From assembly GCA_049324415.1 (NCBI GenBank), contig JBMOOS010000020.1:4717-68716 (forward strand): DNA of 64,000 bases, read 5' to 3'. Position numbers and translations under genes: made by a program. Under the pieces are notes generated by a model, which was not told where the DNA came from, searched no databases, and was given only the letters and a program-made list of their open reading frames with translations. Each line of letters starts with the position of its first letter. The stretch's first letter is position 1. Shown here in pieces: positions 22,428 to 31,409 of this stretch. This stretch comes from Pseudomonadota bacterium (lineage in GTDB: Bacteria > Pseudomonadota > Alphaproteobacteria > Sphingomonadales > CAKZYD01).

Positions 22428-24413
22428 TTAGACGTCCACTTCCTCGACGAAGCGGGCGTTTTCCTGGATGAAGTCGAAGCGATGCTCGGCCTTGCGGCCC
22501 ATCAGCCGCTCCACCAGGTCGCGCGCCTCCAGGCGCTGGTCATAGTCCGGCGGCAAGAAGACGCGCAGCAGCGTGCGCTTGGCCGGGTCCATGGTGGTTT
22601 CCTTCAATTGCGCCGGCGGCATTTCGCCAAGGCCCTTGAAGCGGGAGACCTCGACCTTGCCCTTGGCACTAAGCTGCTGCTTGATGAGCTGGTCCTTATG
22701 GGCATCGTCGCGGGCGTAAAGCACCGTCGCCCCCTGCGCCAGCCGGTAGAGCGGCGGCTGCGCGAGGTAAAGCCGGCCATCGCGCACCAGGCCGGGGATT
22801 TCACGGAAGAAAAAGGTCATCAATAGGGTCGCGATATGAGCGCCATCGACATCGGCGTCGGTCATGATGATGACCTTTTCATAGCGCAAACCGCGTGGGT
22901 CATACTGGTCGCGGGCGCCGCAGCCAAGCGCCAGCACAAGGTCCTTGATTTCCTGGTTCTCACGCACCTTGTCGGCGGTGGCGGCGGCGACATTGAGGAT
23001 CTTGCCGCGGATGGGCAGGATCGCCTGGGTCTTGCGGTCGCGCGCTTGCTTGGCCGAGCCGCCGGCGGAATCGCCCTCGACGATAAAGAGCTCGGTCCCC
23101 TCGGCCGAGGCTTGCGCGCAATCGGTGAGCTTGCCCGGCAAGCGCAGCTTGCGCTTGTTGAGCGCCGCCTGGCGCTTCACTTCCTTTTCCTGGCGGCGGC
23201 GCAGGCGCTCGTCCAGGCGCTCGAAGGTCCATTCAAGCAGCGCCTTGGCGCGGTCGGGATGCTCGGTCAGCCAATGGTCGAAATGGTCCTTGAGCACGCC
23301 ATCGACCAGCCGCGCCGCTTCGGGGCTGGACAGCCTGTCCTTGGTCTGGCCTTGAAATTGCGGGTTGCGGATGAACAAGGACAGGGCAAAGCAGGCGCCG
23401 CCCACCACATCCTCGGCGGTGATTTGGCTGGCTTGCTTGGCGCCCACCCGCTCGGCATAGTCCTTAAGGCCGCGGGCGAGGGCGGCGCGAAAGCCGGCTT
23501 CATGGGTGCCGCCCTGCGGCGTCGGGATGGTGTTGCAGAAGGATTCGGCCAGGCCTTCGCCGAACAGCGGCCAGGCGATCGCCCATTCCACCGCGCCTTC
23601 GCCGCCGGCCAAGTCGAGCCGGCCGGAAAATGCCTCCTCGGCGATGGCCGGACGGCCGTCCAGTTGCTCGCGCAAATAATCGGCAAGGCCGCCGGGGAAA
23701 TGAAAGACCGCCTCGGACGGGGTCTTGTCGTCCTTGATGAGCTCTTCGGCGCAGCGCCAGCGCACCTCGACGCCGCGAAAGAGATAGGCCTTGGCCCGCG
23801 CCAGGCGGTAAAGCCGGGCGGGCTTGAAAGCGGCGCCCTCGCCGAAAATCTCCGGGTCGGGCAGGAAAGTGACCTTGGTGCCGCGCCGGTTGGTGGCGGG
23901 GCCGAGGGCTTCCAGTCTCGAGACCGGCTTGCCGCGGGAAAAGCTTTGCCGCCATGCCTTCCGGTCGCGGGCGACCTCGACCACGAAATGCGCCGACAAG
24001 GCGTTCACCACCGAAATGCCGACGCCATGGAGGCCGCCGGCGGTGGCGTAGACCTTGCCGGAAAACTTGCCCCCGGAATGAAGGGTGGTGACGATGACCT
24101 CGAGGGCGGAAAGCTTGGGGAATTTGGGGTGCGGATCGACCGGGATGCCGCGCCCGTTGTCGCTGATGGCCAAAGCGCCGTCGCGCGCCAGCTCCACCTC
24201 GATGCGGCTGGCGTGCCCGGCCACCGCCTCGTCCATGGCGTTGTCGAGGATTTCCGCCGCCATATGGTGCAAGGCCCGTTCATCGGTGCCGCCGATATAC
24301 ATGCCCGGCCGGCGGCGCACCGGCTCCAGCCCTTCCAGAACCTCGATGTCATGCGCCGTATAGCCGTTTGCCGGACGGCCCGATCGCGCTGCGTGGTCAA
24401 ATAAATCACCCAT
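22428..24413 (-). CDS. parE: DNA topoisomerase IV subunit B
   Basis: GLEPVRRRPGMYIG, VEGDSAGGSAKQAR, DADVDGAHI, RFKGLGEM; ~660 aa with no GyrB insertion. Confidence 0.95.
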   Translation of the reverse strand: MGDLFDHAARSGRPANGYTAHDIEVLEGLEPVRRRPGMYIGGTDERALHHMAAEILDNAMDEAVAGHASRIEVELARDGALAISDNGRGIPVDPHPKFPKLSALEVIVTTLHSGGKFSGKVYATAGGLHGVGISVVNALSAHFVVEVARDRKAWRQSFSRGKPVSRLEALGPATNRRGTKVTFLPDPEIFGEGAAFKPARLYRLARAKAYLFRGVEVRWRCAEELIKDDKTPSEAVFHFPGGLADYLREQLDGRPAIAEEAFSGRLDLAGGEGAVEWAIAWPLFGEGLAESFCNTIPTPQGGTHEAGFRAALARGLKDYAERVGAKQASQITAEDVVGGACFALSLFIRNPQFQGQTKDRLSSPEAARLVDGVLKDHFDHWLTEHPDRAKALLEWTFERLDERLRRRQEKEVKRQAALNKRKLRLPGKLTDCAQASAEGTELFIVEGDSAGGSAKQARDRKTQAILPIRGKILNVAAATADKVRENQEIKDLVLALGCGARDQYDPRGLRYEKVIIMTDADVDGAHIATLLMTFFFREIPGLVRDGRLYLAQPPLYRLAQGATVLYARDDAHKDQLIKQQLSAKGKVEVSRFKGLGEMPPAQLKETTMDPAKRTLLRVFLPPDYDQRLEARDLVERLMGRKAEHRFDFIQENARFVEEVDV

Positions 24414-24513
24414 GACGCCATCGCATATCCGGTATCGGGGCATAAGACAACACCGATATCTGGGTGCGCGGCGGCGGCGAGCGAGGGGTGGTTGATTGGC
24501 GACAATTCAACCA

Positions 24514-24528
24514 TTAACCAATTGTTAG
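24514..24528 (+). promoter_or_regulatory. Putative CtrA box
   Basis: TTAACCAATTGTTAG (TTAA-N7-TTAG). Confidence 0.5.
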
Positions 24529-24576
24529 AGAATGCAACCCAGCCTTGGAAATGAGCATTGCTGATGGGAGCTGGAA

Positions 24577-24927
24577 ATGCCCGGTCTTGCGCAAGGCCCG
24601 CGCTGGTGGCGCCGCTTGTGGGGTGCCCCGTCCTTGTCGCTGGATGCCTTGCACGCCGGCATGCCGGAGGTCGGCGACCGCTTCTACGAAGTCGCGCCGC
24701 CGCATGCGGTGTGGCGCGTCGATCATGTCATCCGCTCGGCGGCCTGCGCCATTCCTCATGTGGTCATCGAACGCAGCGGCACCTTGCCGACCTCGAAAAT
24801 CATTTCCGTCGCGGTTCTTTTGGATGATGCCATCTTCCGCCGCGACCGCCGGGAAGGCGAGGGGGGGAATAAAACGCCGCATCGCCGTCGCAAAAGCGAC
24901 CTGCCCTTGAAAGGCGGCGATGCTTAA
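24577..24927 (+). CDS. Hypothetical protein
   Basis: Fills the gap with a protein-like core (PEVGDRF...WRV...PHVVI...KIIS...LLD); start uncertain. Confidence 0.5.
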   Translation: MPGLAQGPRWWRRLWGAPSLSLDALHAGMPEVGDRFYEVAPPHAVWRVDHVIRSAACAIPHVVIERSGTLPTSKIISVAVLLDDAIFRRDRREGEGGNKTPHRRRKSDLPLKGGDA

Positions 24928-24936
24928 GCCCTTGAT

Positions 24937-25500
24937 TTAATCGAAAAGAGCGTCGATGTCCGCCTGACCGGCCGCACCCGCGTCGTCGGCCGAGGCCATG
25001 AGGGCGTCGATCGCCGCCTGATCCGAAGTCTGGTCGTTGCCATGGATGATGGCGTTGAGGCGCGCCACCAGGCGACTGGCAAGGGCCAGGATGGCGTCGG
25101 CCTGGTCGGCAAGGCTGGCATCGTCACAAGGCTGGCCAAGCGCCGCGAGCCCTTCCAGCAAGACCGCGTTAAGCTCGTCGACGCAAAGGTCGAAGGCGAG
25201 GCGGAACCGTCCGGGCGCGGTTTCATAGGCGGCGATCACCAGTTTCTTGTCGTGAAAGCCGCTGGCCTCGAAATGCTCGACATAGGTCTTGGGCCGCCAA
25301 TGGGCGATCTCGCTTAAGAGATCCGGCATGTCGCCCAGCATCTCCAGCGTCATGGTGACTTCGTTATATTGGTTGAGGAAATCGGTGGCGAGGCGGGTTT
25401 CGGCATGAAAAGGCAAGGGCGCCGCCTCCGCTTCTTCCGGCGCCGCGCCATCGCCAAACAGCGCGTCGATATCGGCTTGTGCCGCCATCCCTTTGTTCAC
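24937..25500 (-). CDS. Hypothetical protein with three QA(D/A)IDAL(F/M) motifs
   Basis: Core LATDFLNQYNE...WRPKTYVEHF; motif once at the N-terminus and twice at the C-terminus. Confidence 0.8.
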   Translation of the reverse strand: MNKGMAAQADIDALFGDGAAPEEAEAAPLPFHAETRLATDFLNQYNEVTMTLEMLGDMPDLLSEIAHWRPKTYVEHFEASGFHDKKLVIAAYETAPGRFRLAFDLCVDELNAVLLEGLAALGQPCDDASLADQADAILALASRLVARLNAIIHGNDQTSDQAAIDALMASADDAGAAGQADIDALFD

Positions 25501-25553
25501 TCACGCTTTTTACAAATTGCGCCGGACCACGCTTGCAGGATAGTGAGCACCTC

Positions 25554-25568
25554 CTAAGCGGCGGTTAA
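25554..25568 (-). promoter_or_regulatory. Putative CtrA box
   Basis: Minus strand TTAACCGCCGCTTAG. Confidence 0.5.
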
Positions 25569-25605
25569 CCGACGGCAAATTAAAAAATGCAGGCCAGCGC
25601 CATTT

Positions 25606-25635
25606 TTGCGTTGCAAAATTTATATTGCGATGCGA
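25606..25635 (+). promoter_or_regulatory. Tandem PhaR/AniA-like boxes over the sRNA promoter
   Basis: TTGCGTTGCAA and TTGCGATGCGA (TGCRNYGCA type). Confidence 0.6.
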
Positions 25636-25643
25636 TAAAGGCC

Positions 25644-25716
25644 TCGCCTGTCTAAAGGCGATCCTCCCCAAAGGATCCTCACTGAGCCGCGCAGCCCCCC
25701 TGCGCGGCTCTTTTTC
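25644..25716 (+). ncRNA. MmgR/SuhB-like small RNA
   Basis: 5' hairpin, TCCTCCC anti-SD motif, ACT, then terminator GAGCCGCGCAG-CCCC-CTGCGCGGCTC-TTTTT; 5' end approximate. Confidence 0.7.
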
Positions 25717-25815
25717 TTCAATATTTCCATAATATTAGAATTGACGTCCCGGGCTGGACGCAAACCGCGCCAGGCGCCATGAAGGGCGTTGACAGAAGGC
25801 GCGCTTTTTGGCAGT

Positions 25816-25837
25816 TATATTTTGCACTGCAATATAA
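25816..25837. promoter_or_regulatory. PhaR/AniA-like operator upstream of the porin
   Basis: TTATATTTTGCACTGCAATATA, overlapping the -10 region of a TTGACA promoter. Confidence 0.6.
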
Positions 25838-25940
25838 GCAGAACGACATAGAGAGATATGCAAGGGCGCAAAAGCGCCGCTCTGCGGCCCAAAGGGCCCT
25901 GAGGGAACTGGCAAAACCCCATTCGGGAAGGAAATCGCCC

Positions 25941-27110
25941 ATGTTCCCTCACGCCTATCGCGTTCACCGCCTTGCTTTACTGTGCTTTGCCGCGCCGCCG
26001 TTGGCGGTGGTGTTGTCTGCGCCGACGCGGGGCGCCAGCCTTGACGAGTTGCTAGGTGCCGCCAAGCTGAGCGGCTTTGTCTCGACGTCCTTCGTCTATG
26101 ATTTCAACCGCCCGGCCTCGGACAAGATCGCCGGCCGCTCATTCGACATCAATCATGCCGATTTCGCCATCAACAAGCTGGAGCTGGAGCTTGAAAAGCC
26201 AGCAGCGTTCAGTGGCGAGAGCTGGGACGTGGGCTATCAGGCGCATGTCATATTCGGTCAGGACGCGCAGCTCATTCAATCCGCCGGCTTCGACCTCGGC
26301 ACCAATGGCGACGTGCACAGCCTTAACCTCACGGTCAACGTCCCCGTCGGCCGCGGCTTGCAGATTTCGGCCGGCAAATGGGTCACCCTCATGGGCGTCG
26401 AGCTCATCCAGGAAACCAGGAACCCCAACTGGTCGGAGGGCAATCAGTTCCTTCTGGTCGAGAACTTCACCAGCACCGGGGTGCAGCTCAGCTATCAATT
26501 CTCCGACCGGCTTGAGGCGCAGTTTCGCGTTTTCAATGGCTGGGACGTGGTGAAGGACAATAACGGCGCGCTCTCCTTCATGGGGCGCGTCGGGTACACG
26601 CCTGACGATGCCACCAGCCTGAGCCTGGTGGTTTATGGCGGGCCCGAGCAGGCCGACGATACTTCCGCCTGGCGCAGCGGCGTCAATCTCGTGGTCAGCC
26701 GCGCGCTCACCCCGGAGCTGACGCTTTGGCTGCAGGGCGACTATGGCCATGAGCAGCGCAACGCCGCCTTGCCCGACCCCACCAAGGACGCTGAGTGGTG
26801 GGCCGGCGGGCTGTGGCTGAGCTATGACTTTTCCAGCGCCGCCGGCCTTGCCCTGCGTGGGGATTATGTCGATGACCGGGATGGCGCCCGCACCTCGGCG
26901 GCGCCCTTTACCGCGCCGTTTCCCGTCAATGACGGCCAGAAGCTGAGCAGCCTCACCTTGACCCTCAACCTGCGGCCGGTGGACAACCTCCAGCTTCGCC
27001 CGGAGCTGAGGTGGGACCATTCCAGCGCCCGGCTGTTCGAGAGCCGCGCTGGCATTTTCGACCGGGCCAATCGGGTTTCGCTGGGCGTCGGTCTTGCCTA
27101 TCTTTTCTGA
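25941..27110 (+). CDS. Outer-membrane beta-barrel porin
   Basis: SGFVSTSFVYDFNRP, FNGWD, LRPELRWD, C-terminal YLF; RBS AAGGA. Confidence 0.8.
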   Translation: MFPHAYRVHRLALLCFAAPPLAVVLSAPTRGASLDELLGAAKLSGFVSTSFVYDFNRPASDKIAGRSFDINHADFAINKLELELEKPAAFSGESWDVGYQAHVIFGQDAQLIQSAGFDLGTNGDVHSLNLTVNVPVGRGLQISAGKWVTLMGVELIQETRNPNWSEGNQFLLVENFTSTGVQLSYQFSDRLEAQFRVFNGWDVVKDNNGALSFMGRVGYTPDDATSLSLVVYGGPEQADDTSAWRSGVNLVVSRALTPELTLWLQGDYGHEQRNAALPDPTKDAEWWAGGLWLSYDFSSAAGLALRGDYVDDRDGARTSAAPFTAPFPVNDGQKLSSLTLTLNLRPVDNLQLRPELRWDHSSARLFESRAGIFDRANRVSLGVGLAYLF

Positions 27111-27132
27111 CTTGGACATTGGCTGAAATATA

Positions 27133-27161
27133 ACGGCCCGGCAGCATGGCTGCCGGGCCGT
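27133..27161. terminator. Hairpin between the convergent porin and glnA
   Basis: ACGGCCCGGCAGC...GCTGCCGGGCCGT, 13 bp stem. Confidence 0.75.
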
Positions 27162-27193
27162 CAATGCGTATTCCCCGCGCTGTCGAGGAAAGG

Positions 27194-28603
27194 TCAGTTG
27201 GAATAATACATATCGAACTCGACCGGGTGGGGGGTGGTCTCCCAGCGCAGGCATTCCTGCCATTTGAGGTCGGCATAGGCGTTGATCTGGTCGTTGGTGA
27301 AGACCTCGCCCTTGAGGAGGAAGTCGCGGTCCTCGTCGAGCGCCGTCAAGGCCTCCCGCAAGGAGCCGCAGACGGTGGGAATGTCCTTGAGCTCCTCCGG
27401 CGGCAGGGCGTAAAGATCCTTGTCCATGGCGTCTCCGGGGTGGATCTTGTTCTCGATCCCGTCAAGGCCCGCCATCAACAGCGCAGCATAGCCGAGATAA
27501 GGGTTGCCGGCGGGGTCGGGGAAGCGGCACTCGATGCGCTTGGCCTTGGGGCTCGTCACATAGGGGATGCGGATCGAGGCCGAGCGGTTGCGGCTCGAAT
27601 AGGCGAGCAAGACCGGCGCCTCGAAGCCCGGCACCAGGCGCTTGTAGCTGTTGGTGGTGGAGTTGGTGAAGGCGTTGAGCGCCTTGGCGTGCTTGATGAT
27701 GCCGCCGATGTAATAAAGGCACGCTTCCGATAGGTCGGCGTATTTGTCGCCGGCGAAAAGGGGCTTGCCGTCCTTCCACAGCGATTGATGGACATGCATG
27801 CCCGAACCGTTGTCGGCGGCGATCGGCTTGGGCATGAAGGTGGCCGTCTTGCCATAGCTGTGGGCCACCATGTGCACCACATATTTATAAAGCTGCATGT
27901 TATCGGCGGTCTTGGTGAGGGTGGAAAAAACCAGGCCCAGCTCGTGCTGGCTCGCCGCCACCTCGTGATGGTGCTTGTCGCAATCGAGCCCCATGTCGAT
28001 CATGGTGGCGACCATCTCGCTGCGTAGGTCCTGGCCGCTGTCCACCGGCGGCACCGGGAAATAGCCGCCCTTGGCGCGGGGGCGGTGGGCGTAGTTGCCC
28101 TCCTCGAAGCCCTTGCCGGTGTTGTACGGCCCCTCGATATCGTCAAGGGCGTAGGAAGCGCTGTTATAGCCGACCTTGAAGCGGACGTCGTCGAAGACGA
28201 AAAACTCGGCCTCGGGGCCGAAATAGGCGGTATCGGCGATGCCGGTGTATTTGAGATAGGCCTCCGCTTTCTTGGCGATCGAGCGCGGGCAGCGGCCATA
28301 GGGCTCGCCGGTGGTCGGCTCTTTCACATCGCAAAACAGGATCATGGTGGGCTGGGCGGTGAAGGGGTCCATCACCGCCGAGGCGGCGTCGGGCATTAAA
28401 ATCATGTCGGATTCGTTGATCGCCTTCCAGCCGGAAATCGAGGAGCCGTCGAACATGAAGCCATCCTCGAACATGTCCTCAGTGACATGGCGCGAGGCCA
28501 TCGTCAGATGTTGCGATTTGCCGCGCGGGTCGGTGAAGCGCAGATCGACCCAGGGAATGTTTTCATCCTTCAGTTTTTTCACGGCTTCGCTCGGCGTCGA
28601 CAT
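27194..28603 (-). CDS. glnA: Glutamine synthetase type I
   Basis: FDGSSI, HHHEVA, NGSGMH, RNRSA, KDLY adenylylation loop; RBS AAGGAG. Confidence 0.98.
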   Translation of the reverse strand: MSTPSEAVKKLKDENIPWVDLRFTDPRGKSQHLTMASRHVTEDMFEDGFMFDGSSISGWKAINESDMILMPDAASAVMDPFTAQPTMILFCDVKEPTTGEPYGRCPRSIAKKAEAYLKYTGIADTAYFGPEAEFFVFDDVRFKVGYNSASYALDDIEGPYNTGKGFEEGNYAHRPRAKGGYFPVPPVDSGQDLRSEMVATMIDMGLDCDKHHHEVAASQHELGLVFSTLTKTADNMQLYKYVVHMVAHSYGKTATFMPKPIAADNGSGMHVHQSLWKDGKPLFAGDKYADLSEACLYYIGGIIKHAKALNAFTNSTTNSYKRLVPGFEAPVLLAYSSRNRSASIRIPYVTSPKAKRIECRFPDPAGNPYLGYAALLMAGLDGIENKIHPGDAMDKDLYALPPEELKDIPTVCGSLREALTALDEDRDFLLKGEVFTNDQINAYADLKWQECLRWETTPHPVEFDMYYSN

Positions 28604-28664
28604 GGTCACGGGTCTCCTTGCCAAATAATTTGTTTCGTTGGTGCTTTTGGTTATCGCTGGTGGG

Positions 28665-29060
<396 letters not shown>

Positions 29061-29131
29061 TCACAGATCGCGAAATCGCCCGGAAGCGCGTTGGCGCAAG
29101 GCGGAGAACGTGACGTCAGCGCCCTTGTAAA

Positions 29132-29168
29132 TGCCGGTAAATTGGGCATGGTGCGCAAAATTTAGGCA
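29132..29168. promoter_or_regulatory. Tandem NtrC-like sites
   Basis: TGCCGGTAAATTGGGCA and TGCGCAAAATTTAGGCA (TGC-N11-GCA), 75-110 bp upstream of the sigma-54 site. Confidence 0.65.
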
Positions 29169-29304
29169 AGCAATGCCGGCTCCATGGCCTTATGTCCGCC
29201 TTCATGCCGCCCCATTCTGCCGCTTGACGGCGGGGAAGGCCTATCTTAATGAGGGCGCAGCTTAGCCTTGAATCGCCCCCATGGCGTTCAGCGGGTCATC
29301 TCGT

Positions 29305-29382
29305 GGCGGGTGTAGCTCAGTTGGTTAGAGCGCTAGATTGTGGATCTAGAAGTCGCCGGTTCAAGTCCGGTCACTCGCCCCA
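29305..29382 (+). tRNA. tRNA-His (GTG) with G-1:C73
   Basis: Cloverleaf; anticodon arm CTAGA-TTGTGGA-TCTAG; encoded CCA. Confidence 0.97.
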
Positions 29383-29577
29383 CTTTTCCTCACCCGGATT
29401 GTTCGCAGCGTCTCCCGGCGCGATCTGATCCCAGATCGGCTCGCCCATCTCGTCGCGCGGCACGGTGCCGGGGGCGCCCGTCGCGCCATCGACGAAAAGC
29501 GGCGAGGCGCAGCCGGCAAGCCCCATGGCGAGGAAGCAACTGACGACAAGGGCTTTGGTGTTCCAGCGATAAGGCAC
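29371..29577 (-). CDS. Small putative lipoprotein (68 aa)
   Basis: RBS GGAGA then GTG; hydrophobic stretch; lipobox LAGC; TVPRDEMGEPIW. Confidence 0.6.
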   Translation of the reverse strand: MPYRWNTKALVVSCFLAMGLAGCASPLFVDGATGAPGTVPRDEMGEPIWDQIAPGDAANNPGEEKWGE

Positions 29578-29651
29578 GGTGCGGGTTCTCCCTGGTCTTC
29601 GCTTGCGCGCCGCGATACTAGTGAGACCTGTTCCAGCGCGCAAGGCATGCC

Positions 29652-31172
29652 ATGACCCAGTCATTCAAGGCACAACCGCTTCGCCCGGCGCCGCTTTTGA
29701 CGAGCGCCCAAAGCGCCCGCGCCGACGCTGCGGCGATTGCCGCCGGCACCCCGGGAGCGGCGCTGATGGAACGGGCGGGGGCGGCGGTGGCCGACGCCGT
29801 GCTGGCGCGGCGCGGCGGTGGCCGGGCATTGGTCCTTGCCGGGCCGGGAAACAATGGCGGCGATGGCTTTGTCGCGGCGCGGCTTTTGCGTGCGGCGGGG
29901 TGGACGGTGACGGTTGCCGCGCTTGTCCCCCGTGCCGCCTTGAAGGGCGATGCCGCCGTGATGGCGGCGCGCTGGGACGGGCCGCTCACCGCCTTGGACG
30001 AGGCGGATCATCGCCGCGCAGAGGTCATCATCGACGCCCTTTTCGGCGCCGGATTGGACCGCCACCTCGAAGGCGCGGCGGCGGCCGCCATAAGGGCCGC
30101 CAATGGGGCGTGCGCCTTCAAGCTGGCGGTGGACATGCCAAGCGGGATTGCCAGCGACAGCGGCGCGGTCTTGGGGGCCGCTTTCGCCGCCGACATGACG
30201 GTGACCTTCGCGGCGAAAAAGCCGGGCCACCTGCTTTATCCCGGGCGCGGCCTTTGCGGCCGGGTGAAGGTAGCCGATATCGGCATCATCCCGGGTGAAG
30301 GCGTGGGCGATGCACCGCCCTTGCATGAAAACACCCCCGCGCTGTGGCGGGAAGCGTTGCCGCGTCTTTGCCGGACCACCCATAAATATCGGCGGGGCCA
30401 CGCCGCGGTGGTGGGGGGCGCGGCCTGGCACGGCGGCGCTGCCCGCCTGGCCGCGGCGGCCGCCTTGCACGCTGGCGCCGGACTCGTCACCCTTATCGCG
30501 CGGCCGCAAGATTGCGATCTTTACGCCGCGCACCTCACCGCCGTCATGCTGCGGCCATGCGCCGATGCGCCGGCCTTGCCCGCGCTGTTGGCGGACAAGC
30601 GGGTGGGCGCCCTTGCCTTGGGGCCGGGAATGGGGAACGCGCCCTGGACCCGGGAGATGGTCCTTGCCGCCCTGGCTACGGGGAAGCCCCTGGTCCTCGA
30701 CGCCGACGCCCTCACCGTTTTTGAAGGCGCGCCGGAGGCGCTTTTCAAGGCGGTGCGGGGGCCAGCGGTCATCACTCCCCATGAAGGGGAGTTCGCCCGC
30801 CTCTTCCCCGACCTGGGCGCGGGCCCGAAGCAGGCGCGCGCGCGCGCCGCCGCCGCCCGCGCCGGCGTGGTGGTGGTGTTGAAGGGGGCCGACACGGTCA
30901 TCGCCGCCCCCGACGGCGGCGCCGCGATCAACGCCAATGCCCCGCCCTGGCTTGCCACCGCCGGCGCGGGCGACGTTTTGTGCGGCGTCATCCTCGCTTT
31001 GCTCGCCCAAGGCGCGCCGGCCTTTGCCGCCGCCGCCGCCGGGGTGTGGGCTCATGGCGCGGCGGCGCGGGCGGCGGGGCCCGGCATGACGGCGGAGGAT
31101 CTCCTTTCGCCCCTGGGGCGGGTTTGCGCCCGGCTTGCCTCGACAAGCCCCCTGGACAAGCCCCAGGCATAG
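29652..31172 (+). CDS. nnr: Bifunctional NAD(P)HX epimerase/dehydratase
   Basis: LMERAG, GPGNNGGDG, DALFGAG, DMPSG, HKYRRG, TPHEGEF, LATAGAGDVL. Confidence 0.93.
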   Translation: MTQSFKAQPLRPAPLLTSAQSARADAAAIAAGTPGAALMERAGAAVADAVLARRGGGRALVLAGPGNNGGDGFVAARLLRAAGWTVTVAALVPRAALKGDAAVMAARWDGPLTALDEADHRRAEVIIDALFGAGLDRHLEGAAAAAIRAANGACAFKLAVDMPSGIASDSGAVLGAAFAADMTVTFAAKKPGHLLYPGRGLCGRVKVADIGIIPGEGVGDAPPLHENTPALWREALPRLCRTTHKYRRGHAAVVGGAAWHGGAARLAAAAALHAGAGLVTLIARPQDCDLYAAHLTAVMLRPCADAPALPALLADKRVGALALGPGMGNAPWTREMVLAALATGKPLVLDADALTVFEGAPEALFKAVRGPAVITPHEGEFARLFPDLGAGPKQARARAAAARAGVVVVLKGADTVIAAPDGGAAINANAPPWLATAGAGDVLCGVILALLAQGAPAFAAAAAGVWAHGAAARAAGPGMTAEDLLSPLGRVCARLASTSPLDKPQA

Positions 31173-31277
31173 CGGTTGCTTTGCCGGCAGGCTGTGATAT
31201 AGGGGCGCGTTGAACCGGGTGGGAGCGGCGGCCGAGGTCGCCGTTCCAGCGGCTTTGGCGAACAGCGCGGCTTGGCC

Positions 31278-31363
31278 GCGGGCGTGGCGGAACTGGTAGA
31301 CGCGCTGGTTTTAGGTGCCAGTGTCTTGACGACGTGGGGGTTCGAGTCCCTCCGCCCGCACCA
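31278..31363 (+). tRNA. tRNA-Leu (TAG)
   Basis: Cloverleaf with long variable arm; loop TTTAGGT; CCA. Confidence 0.96.
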
Positions 31364-31409
31364 TGGCCGGTCCCTTGAGCATGGCTTTTTAGGAATGAAT
31401 GAGCATTCG

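Noticed and set aside
31272-31409. N-terminal extension of trigger factor
   Set aside because: Overlaps tRNA-Leu; the real start is probably ATG 31410
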